NCBI GenBank assembly: GCA_013239625.1
Contig: MU055107.1
Span: 2,380,939-2,444,938, forward strand
DNA: 64,000 nucleotides
Direction: 5' to 3'
From: Lama guanicoe
Lineage: Eukaryota
Shown here: positions 51,401-63,500 of the stretch, piece after piece
Numbering within the stretch: position 1 is the first letter of the stretch
How the letters are laid out: each line of letters opens with the position of its first letter
Notes under the pieces: model-generated
The model's database searches: none
What the model was told of the DNA's origin: nothing
Seen by the model: the letters and a program-made list of their open reading frames with translations, nothing else
Translations under genes and position numbers: made by a program

Positions 51401-54400
51401 AGGTGATCCTTCCAGGTGATGCCCATGGTGCTTTGAGGGGCAAGTTACTAAAACTTACCTGAAAGTGACAATCAACTCCCCTTTCCAAACAGAGGTAGTA
51501 AACGAGCTAGAAGCTCAACTGAATGCGCACTTAACACCCCGAGGTCTTTAAAGAGGACTCTGACACCACCAAGCATTCATTCCAATGGTTCTCCAAAAAG
51601 GAGAAGACGCTTAACACTGACGGTGATGTCGACTCTTATAGAACAAGTCACAGTATCCAATACTAGTCCTGTCTTCTGTAGCCACTCAGCACCTCGCTGT
51701 CAGGACACAGATAGGAGTTTAAATGAGCTTAGTTCCCAGAGATAAAATGTCCCAAGACTGGTTTAGCACTCTGCTAACTGTGATCCAACCCAGAGTTTGA
51801 CCCAAATAAATTTTAATACCAGGGCAGAAGACAGCCTCTGAACGAAACTGTCATCAGGTTGGCAATTTTCAATCTGTACCTCACCTGGGAACACTTAAAT
51901 AGAACCATGTTTGCAGAAGGGAGAAGGCCCAGCTTTTGACATGGAACGCTTGGAGTCCACTGTGATTTGGATTCCCCTTTTACAGCCAGAACGGATTCAT
52001 TATCCTGTCCACTTTATACCAGGAAAGAGAGAGGCCAAGGCGATGCAAAAGGTAGGCCAGGCAAGGTTTCCAACAAGGGGCCTATCTTTTGTCCGTTGCT
52101 TTTAGTGGCTTTCAATCTGACCTATTAAAGGTATACCCTCTGCNNNNNNNNNNNNNNNNNNNNNNNNNNNNNNNNNNNNNNNNNNNNNNNNNNNNNNNNN
52201 NNNNNNNNNNNNNNNNNNNNNNNNNNNNNNNNNNNNNNNNNNNNNNNNNNNNNNNNNNNNNNNNNNNNNNNNNNNNNNNNNNNNNNNNNNNNNNNNNNNN
52301 NNNNNNNNNNNNNNNNNNNNNNNNNNNNNNNNNNNNNNNNNNNNNNNNNNNNNNNNNNNNNNNNNNNNNNNNNNNNNNNNNNNNNNNNNNNNNNNTGTTT
52401 ATTTGGAGTTTTTGCTAGCCTGAAGTCCCTGCCTTTATCAGGATGCGCAGAGCTCCGTGTCTGCTCGTCTCAAACAGCATTCGTTTTCCCCAAGGAAAAG
52501 GCAACTTGGAAATAATACAGCTTGCCCGTTTGTATTGGGAATATTCTGGGAAAGAATATTCTGGCTTTAGAGGTTTCAGTTTAAAGCTTAAAAGAAGTGA
52601 TTCTTTACCAGATATATTTAATCAGCAGTGGCTCGTTCAGCTTTAGACTGAGGGAAAAAAAAGTTTCCTCTCTCATTATTTCTCAATCAGGAATTTTTCT
52701 CAGCACGCCTGGGTAAAAACCGGCACAGAGCAAGGACATCTAGGACAGTGTGGCATCGCTTTCCCTGTCCAGGCCAGCATGGTCATGAGGGCCGAGGGGA
52801 AGAGAAAGTCAAAAATCACATGAAGGTGCCAATATCACTGTCACCATCTCCAGAATATCTTCCTTTCAAAAGAAAAGTCGGCACTTGTCCCAGGAATGGC
52901 TACTAGGTGGCAACTAACACCCGGGCTCTGATTAGCAAACACAGGCTGCATGAAGGGCACATAAGGGCCCTTGGGAAGAAAGGAGCCACGGTCACGTGAT
53001 TAGAGATTCCTTCCACGGCAGGGAAGAATGGGTCATGCATAGGGCGTCATCAGCAGAATGCGTCTAAAGGTACCCTGTGGGTATCAGATCATTGTCTTTG
53101 ACGTGTTTTGGAGGATGGTGGGGGCGGGGGACTACTTGTTGAGGGCAGGGTCATGGGTTCCTTCAACCAACCCCAGAGGTTACTACTTGTGACCTATAAG
53201 TGATATTGGCCCTGGACCAACATTGCTTCCTAGGAAGACTGAAGCAGGCTATAGACAAAACACAGGGAGGAAATAAAGGCTCTCTGAATGGGGAAGACAG
53301 GAGACATTCTCCCACATCCTCCAAGTGCGTTTTTGATGGAGAAACAGGATGTGTTCCCCAAGGAGCTTATAAGACAGTCCCTTCCCGGGATGGCAGTGGC
53401 CGGGACCCTCTCTTTGGAGGGTTAGCCAGCAGGATTCAATCTGGGAATCCAAACAAACTTAGGAAAACAATAGGCAGGACCAGGAAGGAATGGGAATTAT
53501 TTGTCTGTTTTTAATAGAATCCTGCCTTCAAATTGCAGCTTTGCTCTAGGGGGAAAAAAAAACACGGTTGTCTTTAAAGTTACACATGAACAGTTTCTAG
53601 CTTCAAAAGACAGAGATCAAAATAAACCCCAGTTGTTGCCTAAGAACCACCTCTGGCAGCAGGGACACTGGGCCTCCCTCATATTAGGCTACCTTGGGAC
53701 AGGTGTCGCGTCTACAAAATAAGACTGATTAAGGAAAATGACTCCACACTGAGATTTCGCAGCTATTCAAGCAGTTACAAACCCCAAATAGGAATTAAGA
53801 TGGGCTTGTTTACACCAAACTCTCAGCCTGACCATCCGAAGGGAGACCTTTGAGTCTCCAAGAAGCAATAGAAACTTACACCCCTCTTTGATTACCAAAC
53901 CTCAGAAGCCCACGTTTGAAGGAACCAGGACTTTGTTAACTCAGAGGGCTTTGTTTTGACAGAACATTAAGGTTAGACTTTGCTCCTTAAAAAAAAGACA
54001 CTATTCGCATTATACGTGTGATCTGTGAGGTCCAGAAAGTGAGTGGGGTGGGGTCAAACTGAATTGAAGATTTCACCCTGACAGATCCAGGAGAAACCAA
54101 ATGATCCCTTGTGGAAAGTTTTGATTTTGAGACTCAAACTATACAGGAACAGAGTGGACAAGACTCTCAAAAAGTTTGTTAAGAGGAGAAGACTGACTTC
54201 CTTCACAATGATCCCCCAGGTGCAAAAAGTATAAGCATGATTGGCATACAGACCTTAAATTTACAAAATTTTATAACACATCTCATCCTCATCTTATGCC
54301 TTCGCAGCTCACGTGTTAGGGTGGGACACAGTAAGAAATGGTGGCACTCCTTGGAAGAAATTTGGCATCGCACACTCTGGTTTCCACAAAATCTCCACAA

Positions 54401-54557
54401 GGACCAACATTTGAGTCCTATTAATAAACTTCCACTGGAAAAGCCCCACCTGAGGCCAAAATCCCAGCTAACGGCCCCTAGAGAATTTACTGATGTTCAA
54501 TCCCTCCCTTAAGAGGTAAGCAAAGGCACACATTCAGAAATCCTGAGAGGGGCGAGG

Positions 54558-54740
54558 ACGGGTTGCACAAAGCGTGGGCCTCGGACCAGCAGCAGAAGCA
54601 TCTGGAAGCTTGCTAAGAAGCCAGTTTTCAGCCCCCATCCCAGACAAGATGAATCAGAATTGCGGTGGGAGTGGGGAACGAATCTGTTTAACAACTTTTC
54701 AAAGTGATTTTTCTGTATGTTTCATCATGAGATGCACCCA
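54558..54740. mobile_element. MER5A-like MITE
   Basis: ggaccagcagcagaagcatctggaagcttgctaagaa, gaatcagaa, aatctgtttaacaa. Confidence 0.7.
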
Positions 54741-55619
54741 GCGTGGGAGCTCTGAGGGCACTGGTTAGCAGCTGTGACAGAGGTCAGCCCTGAAGGACTC
54801 GATACATGCAGTTAGGACATTGCAGGGGGATTGGCAGAGGAGAGTGGGTGCCCAGGACCCCGAGTGAAAAGGGAGCTTAGTAATCACCAGTGGTTCCTTA
54901 GTATGAGGCCATGAAAGCAGCAAGGATGCATTAATTTGGATCTTGAGTGAAACACTGGACCCTCCTACCAGCTTTCTCATGTTTCCTGTGGCAATGCCAA
55001 GGGAGAGCAGTTTCACGGGGCCAGCAACCTAAACAAACCCTCTCAAAGGAGACAAGGTTTGTCACCAGCCTTGAGTTCAGCTTGTTTCAACTTCACTGCT
55101 CCCCCACCCCCGCCTAACCAACAGCTTCTCAGACGCACAGCCCAGGGGCCCCTTCCTCCTCGCTCATCTCGCCCTCCATTCCCAGGTGCCATCACTCAAG
55201 CCCGGGACTCACCTGCTGTCACGGACCACCATGGCCAAGCCTCCCACCCTCTCCGCCATTCTCTCAGGTAGAGTCACGCTCAAGCCAAAGGTCAGTGATT
55301 CTGCTCCCCTAGCCGCTTCTGTTTCAGATCCATCCAGCAGATTATTCATGGAGCAATCATTCTATAACCTACTGCCTCCTGCCCTGGTTACATTCTACCT
55401 CTCCTCCTCTGAAAGTGCCAGACCAACACAGACTTCCTCAGAGAGAGCAGGCTTCCTCCAGCTGAAATGTACCAACCATGATGTCTTTCTTGAACAGCTC
55501 CATTAGGCTTACTTTGTGGAATCTGTCATTTACTCTGTTCACTCCTTTCCCATTCCCCTCGATTGAAGTTGGCCTCAGGTCTCCATCCCATACCCAGGGG
55601 CAACAACCAGCGAGGTGAG

Positions 55620-55870
55620 GATAGCGGTGATTGCAGCTAAAACACACGGGGACCTTACACGTGCCAAGCATGGAGCTAAGCATTTTACACATGTCATTTC
55701 ATGTTCCCAACCACCCCATGAGGAAGGTACTACTATTATTTCCGTTCCACAGATGGGAAAACTGAGGCATAGAGGGGTTCTCTTGCCCAAGATGACAGAG
55801 CTAATCAGTAGCAGAGCTGGGATTCTAACCCAAGTGTATTTTTCATTCTCGATACCTTATTGCCTCTGCA
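55620..55870 (-). mobile_element. MIR, near full length
   Basis: gtgccaagcatggagctaagcattttacac, cagatgggaaaactgaggcatagag, cttgcccaagatgacagagcta. Confidence 0.85.
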
Positions 55871-56189
55871 GGCATAAGAGAAAAAACACATGAAAGTAAT
55901 TTTCACTTGCAAAGCACTAGCCATGAGAAACACATTGTTCTAAAGACTCTCCCTACGCTTTCCAAGTTCTCTGATATTCAGTCGCATTCCCCACTTGACA
56001 AGGGTCAACAATTTTGTTTCTCTTTCGCTGTAATCTGCAGATCCCAGTTATGTGTCCTAAAGCTTCCTCTTACCTAACGTTCCTGGCCGATATCACACCA
56101 TGAGACACACATCTGATGGGCCCTACATAGTAGAGAAGGCCCTGGTTATGTCATTAATTCATTTGCATGCTTAGTACATAGTTTGTCCA

Positions 56190-56360
56190 GAAGCACATTT
56201 CAACCTTAGCTACCCATTGGAAGATGTGAACAGCCTCAGTGCCCAGGCTGAAACCCAGACCAATTAAAGTAGGGCCTCTGGGGGTGGGGCCCAGGTATCG
56301 ATAATTTGCAAAGTTCCCCAGATGATTCCAATGGACAAGAAAGATCAGGTACACTGACTA
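56190..56360. mobile_element. MER5-family MITE
   Basis: gtgcccaggctgaaacccagaccaattaaa, ctctgggggtggggcccaggtatc, ttccccagatgattccaat. Confidence 0.7.
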
Positions 56361-57769
56361 CAGGCTTCATCTTCCTACTACTGTCCTAATATTTCTTCAA
56401 GTACCTGATGATGCCAAAATGCTCCAGGATGACCCAGAATACCTCCCAGAGCATCCTACATTCAGTGGAAGCTTAATACATGTCACCTGCCAAGGGAATG
56501 AAATTTTCATGGGGGTCTTATAATAATTTTCCTCATAGGGAAGTCACTCTAAATTAGCCACCTGGAATCACTCAGTCTCCAACTCCTACTTGGGTCCCAA
56601 AACTAGCCAGAAGGAATTTATTCTTTGAAGTATGAAAAAAATTCCCTATGTTCTCTTGCTTTTTCTGTAACTGTAGGAAATACAGAACTCAAACGAGGAA
56701 GCTTCTCCCAGCCTGGAAAGACCAGAGAAGGTCTGGGAGCATGTTATTACTGAGAAATGTCAATGAGTTCTAGAATGAAAAAGTAGGCTTGATGATCATT
56801 CTGGATATATCAGTATCTTATGACCAAATTTCTTAAAATTAAACAACTTGGCTCAGATCTCATACTTCTTGGTGGCAGGCGAGAGACCCATGACATGGAG
56901 CTGTGATTGGCAGTAGGGTAAAACGGTCTTTAGAGTTTTCTTTCGCCACATCCGGGATAAAGTATAAAAAATCTGATGGAGCCTTGACCTGAATGAGCCA
57001 CAGGTGAAAAGCTCCTCAGATCCCCTCCAAGCATCTCCACTTTGCTGCTGCAATTGTGCGATCTTTTCTGAAGGAAAAGCCCAGTAAAAGGAAGTCCAAA
57101 TGGTCCTTTTCCTTGAAGACCTTATTTTAACAGCTCTCAAACAGGGGTCATGACTGGAGGCTTCTAGATTAGGGTAGAGTCAGCCTCCTGGTCAGGATGC
57201 CAAACCATGTGACACCTTTCATCTCCTTTCAGACCGGTGAACTAAGCCGAGGTTTACCTCCGCCGACCCCACCCCAGTGAAAGAGTGGAGAGGATTTTCA
57301 ACAGGATTAAATGATATGAATAGCTTTCGGGTTTCCAGTGGGGCCAGAGCTGCCAGGCGGGGGTGCAGCGGCAGCTGCTCCAAGGGGACAAAAAAGGATT
57401 TGCTGGAGCCTTGTGACTCGGTGTATCTGCTGAGGATGGATGTGAGAGCCTTTCTTAGCCTCCTTGTGGGGGGAGGAGAAGGGCTCCTTTTCAAAGTCAT
57501 GTTATCTGGCAACAAAGCCTAACCCAGGAGGGTGGTGTTTGGTTGGGGGGGTGGGGGTGGAGGGACAGGGAAGTTCACACTTGCTGGGGAAAGAGGTGGG
57601 CTCAAAGCCTCTCTTAAAGAGAGGGCACACAGCCTCAACAAACAGGTCTAGAAGCGAGGAAGGGCTGGGGAAGGGAAGCCCAGCCTCCCTGAATTCCCAA
57701 AGCCTCTGACCTCAGCCTTCTCCCAGTGCCTCCTGGCAGCCACCTCCCTGAGATCCCAACGTGAGGGTT

Positions 57770-58350
57770 GTCTGTCCTGTGAGTGTCCAGGAGCTGGGGG
57801 CAGTGCCAACCTGCTGCAGCCACTCTGGGAAAAGGTTTGGCAGTGTCTTCTATACATACATGCAGCAGGTAACCCAGCAATCCCACTCCTAGGTATTTAC
57901 CGAAGAGAAATGAAAACCTAGGTTCACACAAAAACTTGTACTCAAATATTTACAGCAGCTCTATTCATAATCGCCAGGAACCAAAACAACTCAAAGATCT
58001 CTCAGCTGGGGATGGATGAGCATGCTGCGGTCCGCCCCTGCAGTGGACTCTCACTCCCACAATAAAAAAGGGTCAAACTGTTGACACACGAACAGTATGG
58101 ATGACTTCCAAATGCATTACGTTACGTGAAAGAAGCCAGACCCTAAAGGCTGCATACTGTGCGGCTCCATCTATACAGCATTCTAGAAAAGGCAAAACTA
58201 CAGGGCTTAGGGGGAAGGGGCTGAGTACAAGGGGGCAGCCTGAGAGGATGTGGGGGGGCAATGGAATAGCTGTATCTTGATTGTGATGATGATTACATGA
58301 CTGTGTGCAGGAGGAAGGGTGAATTCTATCCAAATAAAGAAAATAAATCA
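57770..58350 (+). mobile_element. L1MC/L1MD-like ORF2 end plus 3' UTR
   Basis: acccagcaatcccactcctaggtatttacc, gttcacacaaaaacttgtac, gtgaaagaagccagac, ttctagaaaaggcaaaactac. Confidence 0.88.
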
Positions 58351-58819
58351 GTGACAATAACGCAATGAAAGATGTGAAGAGAGGCTTTAAAACTCTCAGC
58401 CCTCGTAGCAGTTTTCACTGTAAGTCCACACTCCCTTTTCCTGCCAGTGGTAACCAGTAGCGGTTCCAGATTTCCATCACTTGCTCCTGCCACTGGTGAC
58501 TAGGTGACCATATCCCTAGTTGCTCCCCAGAGGAGATCACGTTAGGGCACACACAGTGGGTGTTCTTACTCTGATGGTCCCAATTCCTTCCCCTTAGCTC
58601 CTCCTCCTTTCTCTCAAGAAGAATGCATGGCCTCAGCATTCCTCCTTGGACTCATTCTTTTAATACAGATTCCCCTTTTGTTCCCTCTTCTTCACTGACA
58701 AAATGAAAGGCAAAATTGTACTGTGTGTATGACATAATTAAAGGACCACTCAGGACTTCTGCTTCCTGCCGAGGGACATCCCAGGCTCTGCACTGATGCC
58801 AGGGCATTGAGACCCTCTC

Positions 58820-58950
58820 TCCTCCCATTGTGTTGTGGGACCAGCAGCATCGGTGTTACCTTGAAAGCTCATGAGAAATGCAGACTCTCAGGCCTGCCCC
58901 AGACCAATGAACAAGGATCTGCCTTTTATCAAGATGCTCAAGGATTCCCC
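58820..58950. mobile_element. MER5A-like MITE
   Basis: gaccagcagcatc, gagaaatgcagactctcaggcctgccccagacc. Confidence 0.7.
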
Positions 58951-59150
58951 CTCCCTTTTAAAGTTGTCTTGCTCGGTGCCTCCACAAGAATTTATTTTGG
59001 CTACTTGGGTTTATTCTCATCANNNNNNNNNNNNNNNNNNNNNNNNNNNNNNNNNNNNNNNNNNNNNNNNNNNNNNNNNNNNNNNNNNNNNNNNNNNNNN
59101 NNNNNNNNNNNNNNNNNNNNNNNNNNNNNNNNNNNNNNNNNNNNNNNNNN

Positions 59151-59255
59151 AAGTGAAGTGGGCTGGAAAGAGAAAGAAAAATACCATATAACATTATTTA
59201 TACGAGGAATCTGAAAAATAATAATAATAACAAGAAGAACACAAATGAACTAATT
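59151..59255 (+). mobile_element. L1 3' UTR fragment following a masked block
   Basis: aagtgaagt...aaagagaaagaaaaataccatat, ggaatct, acacaaatgaact. Confidence 0.7.
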
Positions 59256-60624
59256 ATTATTTTGATGTCCTGAATATGTGTAAGCACATTTGACTGTCCT
59301 TTATGACTGGATTAGAGCATTCTGTTGATTCTTATTTTGTAGTTGGCTTTATTCCTTTGATAACTATATAAGTTTAAAAAGCTAGAGATCTAATCTGTTC
59401 TTAGAAACAATAATTAGTACATATATGAAAACTAAAAAAATTGTACTATACTATATATATGTATTTACAATGCAATATAATGTGTATATGCAGTTGAACT
59501 ATAATAATTCTACATAATAAAACTGAAAAAGAAAAAAGCTATATTCAACTTAGTTTGCATAGAAGCAACATCTTTCAGCGCTCATATTTCATCAGTTTAT
59601 GTAACAGTGAATTAAATGATGTAATTACAGTAACAAAAACAACTGGCATATTTTGGGAACCCATCCAAACTGACTATTGGAAAATATAACACCCACTCCT
59701 CTTTGGAACAGAACTTAGTCTATTAGCGGCAAGAATTCTCCATGCTGTGGGTTGTAGTCAGTATTTGTTCAAGAAGGGATGAAGGACAAGGGTCAATTCG
59801 ATGATTAGGTTGAGCAAAGGATGGTTACAAGAGTCTTTACCATGACTTCTTTAGGGGAGCCTCCCAATAACTTACGTTTTAAGATAATTTGACCAGACTC
59901 AAGATTATTGCTACAATAATGCCACTTTAGGTCACATTTTTGCTTGCTTTCTAAAGTGGAGTTAGGGTTGGTCGCCCCAGGCTGTGCTTAGCTCACAGAA
60001 GTTTACTAGTGGCAATTATCACTCATTGCATGCTTGTAAGCAATTTTTGTGGTTCTGTTTTCTTTNNNNNNNNNNNNNNNNNNNNNNNNNNNNNNNNNNN
60101 NNNNNNNNNNNNNNNNNNNNNNNNNNNNNNNNNNNNNNNNNNNNNNNNNNNNNNNNNNNNNNNNNNNNNNNNNNNNNNNNNNNNNNNNNNNNNNNNNNNN
60201 NNNNNNNNNNNNNNNNNNNNNNNNNNNNNNNNNNNNNNNNNNNNNNNNNNNNNNNNNNNNNNNNNNNNNNNNNNNNNNNNNNNNNNNNNNNNNNNNNNNN
60301 NNNNNNNNNNNNNNNNNNNNNNNNNNNNNNNNNNNNNNNNNNNNNNNNNNNNNNNNNNNNNNNNNNNNNNNNNNNNNNNNNNNNNNNNNNNNNNNNNNNN
60401 NNNNNNNNNNNNNNNNNNNNNNNNNNNNNNNNNNNNAAAACATCNNNNNNNNNNNNNNNNNNNNNNNNNNNNNNNNNNNNNNNNNNNNNNNNNNNNNNNN
60501 NNNNNNNNNNNNNNNNNNNNNNNNNNNNNNNNNNNNNNNNNNNNNNNNNNNNNNNNNNNNNNNNNNNNNNNNNNNNNNNNNNNNNNNNNNNNNNNNNNNN
60601 NNNNNNNNNNNNNNNNNNNNNNNN

Positions 60625-60746
60625 TGAAAACACTAATTCAAAAGGATATTTACCCCCAGTCCAAGATCATTGCTGCCTTATTTACAATAGCCAAGATATG
60701 GAAAAAACCTGTGTCTGTCGAGGGATGAGAGGATAAAGAAACAGTG

Positions 60747-60790
<44 letters not shown>

Positions 60791-61045
60791 GAATATTACT
60801 CAACCATAAAAAAGAATAAAATCTTGCCATTTGCAGCAATGTGGGTAAACCTCAAGGGTATTATGCTAAAGAAAATAAGTTAGACAAAGAAAGACAAATA
60901 CTGTATTATCTCTCTTATATGTGGAATCTTAAAAAAAAAGCTCTTAGATACAGAGAACAGATTGGTGGTTGCAAGAGGCAGAGGCTGTAAGAAATGGGTA
61001 AACTACTTTTTCAGTTTTTTGTTTGTTTAAATAAACTGAATAATT
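60625..61045 (+). mobile_element. L1MA9-like ORF2 end and 3' UTR with (CA)n at 60749-60788; upstream part probably masked (60066-60624)
   Basis: Translation KTLIQKD...IIAALFTIAKIWK matches the L1 ORF2 C-terminus; tggaatattactcaaccataaaaaagaat, cagagaacagattggtggttgc. Confidence 0.9.
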
Positions 61046-61084
61046 TTTTTTAATTTCACCCATGGAGGCCATATTGCTACTACC

Positions 61085-61603
61085 TACTGCTACAATTGTG
61101 CTGTGTAACAAATCAGCTCCAAACTTATTGACTTAAAAGAACTAGCTGTTACTTTTCACAAGTCTGTGAATCGGCTGGGAGGATCTGCTGATCTGGGCCA
61201 ATTAGGCTGATGTCAGCTGGGCTTCCTGGTGTGTCTGTGGTCAACAAGGAGGGTCTGATGAAGCTGACAGGTCAAGGAAGACCTTGGCTGGGACCACTCA
61301 GTTCTCCTGCATGTAACCTCTCATCCTCCAGGGGTTGTCCCAGGACCATGCCAGAGTCTTGAAGCAGGAAGGAGACCAGAATGTGCAAGCTCTCTGAAGG
61401 CCTGGGCTCCCAACTGATACACTGTCACTTCTGCATCTTTTGTGGCCAAAGCAAGTTCTGAGGCCAATACAGATTCGCAGGATGGGGAAAGGGGCTGCCT
61501 CTCTTGGTGGAAAGGGCTGCAAACTCACAACCCAAAGGAGTAGAGACATGAGACCAGGGGCAGTAGTAAAGAGTTGGGTGATTTTTGCAATTAACCAGTC
61601 ATA
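61085..61603 (-). mobile_element. MLT1G-like solo LTR
   Basis: tgctgtgtaacaaatca, ctgctgatctgggcc, ctctcatcctccag, tggccaaagcaagt. Confidence 0.8.
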
Positions 61604-62624
61604 GATTAATTCGTAATTATGAGAGCAGACTAGATGAAGAAAGCTTGAGAATTAAATCTGAACTCCCTGGATCTAAGCTTATAACCTTATTACTATCATC
61701 TGTGAAGTGAAGTTCTGAAAAAAAATCAAGATATTTAAAAAACATGAAGTCTATTATCTTTTGAGAGAAGATTAGCCATATTATCATTCCTTCTCATAAA
61801 ATTTACATTTTTGAGAAAGCCAAACAGCTTATTTCACTACTGATGTGCTTATGATAGGCTTGTTATAAAGTAGCCTCTCTGACAAAGAAGGTGCTTATAT
61901 CCCATTAGTTTTCCTTCCCATAAAATTTTACTGAGTTTCATCAGAATCTGCACATTTACGTGAGAAAACTCAACTGAAAACAAACAAACAAAAAATGAAA
62001 TCCTCTGAGCTGCTTCCCTGGGTAATTACAACCATGCAAACTGGAAGATCTCAGATCTCAGAAAGCTGTGTTATTAGAGCCTACAATGGGTCAATCTTTG
62101 GGCAGGGCAATTTGTGAACGTTTTTTGAACAAGAACAATTAAATTGTTAGGAATTTAATCTGTAATCATTTCCCACACATGAGAGTTTATTCAGTGATTC
62201 AGTAAATTGTTGCTGAGCAGCCATAAAAAAACAAAAAGCTACTGCATTAGAAAGTTGGGGATCATCTCTGGATTAAGCAAAACTCTGAGAAAGACATACA
62301 CTCAGGACCGTGTTATCTTTCCTCCCCTGCCCCACCCCCACACCGCTTTCTCTGAGCAGAGCTTTGATGTCAGGCCCTCAGTTTTCAGGGTGCTTCATTC
62401 TGAGAGAGAGTTACATTTCTCTGAGTTCCATCTGTATCAGACCCAAGCCACCCTACATATTTGTAATCATGTACCTACATACACGTGGGTATCTTTCATA
62501 ACAAAAGGCTAGAAAAGCTTGGCCTCACCTGAGGGACAGTTTGTTCCCTCTCCATGCATAAAGCTAATCTTGTAGCTGACTGTGTTTTCTCTTTCTTTTT
62601 AGCTAACAATAAATTCAGTGTCTT

Positions 62625-62718
62625 ATTTTTTTTAATTGAATTGTAGTCGATTTACAATGTGCTAATTTCTGGTGTACAGCATAGTGATTCATTGCTGCAT
62701 ATACATGTATTCCTTTTC
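62625..62718 (-). mobile_element. Very short L1 3' terminus
   Basis: ttttaattgaattgtagtcgatttacaatgtgctaatttctggtgtacagcatagtgattca. Confidence 0.85.
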
Positions 62719-62749
62719 TGCTTAACAAATGTACATCCTGTCTGTGTAA

Positions 62750-62922
62750 TCAGTTGGTGTGGGTTAGACCTTAATGCACATACAGATCACCTGGGGATCT
62801 TGAGAAATTGCAGATTCTGATTCAGAAGGTCTGGGGCAGGGGCCTGAGAGCTCGAAATTTGATCAAGCTCCCAGGTGATGCCAATGCTGCTGGCCTCAGA
62901 CAGCATTCAGAATAGCAAGGGA
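62750..62922. mobile_element. MER5A-like MITE
   Basis: atcacctggggatcttg, gcagattctgattcagaaggtctggggc, aagctcccaggtgatgcc. Confidence 0.85.
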
Positions 62923-63209
62923 GAGAGCCCAGTAGCGAGCTGGGGCTGAGATGACCAAACCTGCTGCACTTAGCACTGACTTATTTGCTGCAGCCATTAG
63001 GTAAACGTGTGTGATTGATTCTCAGACAGTCAGTTCAGGGAAGCAGGCGGGCCCCTGCCATTCTCATCCCTGCAAACCAGGCTCTGCGACTCCTCAATCA
63101 GTAGCCATCAACATCACATTTGTCTAAAACTGGCTCTTAGATTCTCTTGGTGGATATAGACCTGAATACCCCGCCTACCTGTTTACTTCACCATTGCTTC
63201 ATACAGATG

Positions 63210-63500
63210 AGGTTTCTAGGAAATCACCTCGTTCAACATCCCATCTAGGGTGGGGAATATCCCTCTCTCCTGCTACTGACAAGTGGTCCCAACAGCCTGT
63301 TTGATTACCTTCAATAATTGGGACTCAGTACTTCCAAGGCAGCCTGTTACATGGAGGAAGAGTTCTTACGAAAACAACATTTTCTGTTGAGGCAAAAATC
63401 CACTTCTTTGAAACCACCACCCACAGAGCCTAGTCTGACATTTGCAGTGTCTATTAAGACCCCCAGCTTCTTTTCACATGAATTAGCACCAGCCTGTCCT
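63210..63500 (-). mobile_element. CR1/L3 LINE 3' fragment
   Basis: cagcctgtttgattaccttcaataattgggactcagtacttccaaggcagcc and aagacccccagcttcttttcacatga resemble L3 antisense. Confidence 0.6.

Noticed and set aside
59984-60736. Long ORFs (145-250 aa) across N runs
   Set aside because: Mostly X; the readable part is the L1 ORF2 C-terminus.
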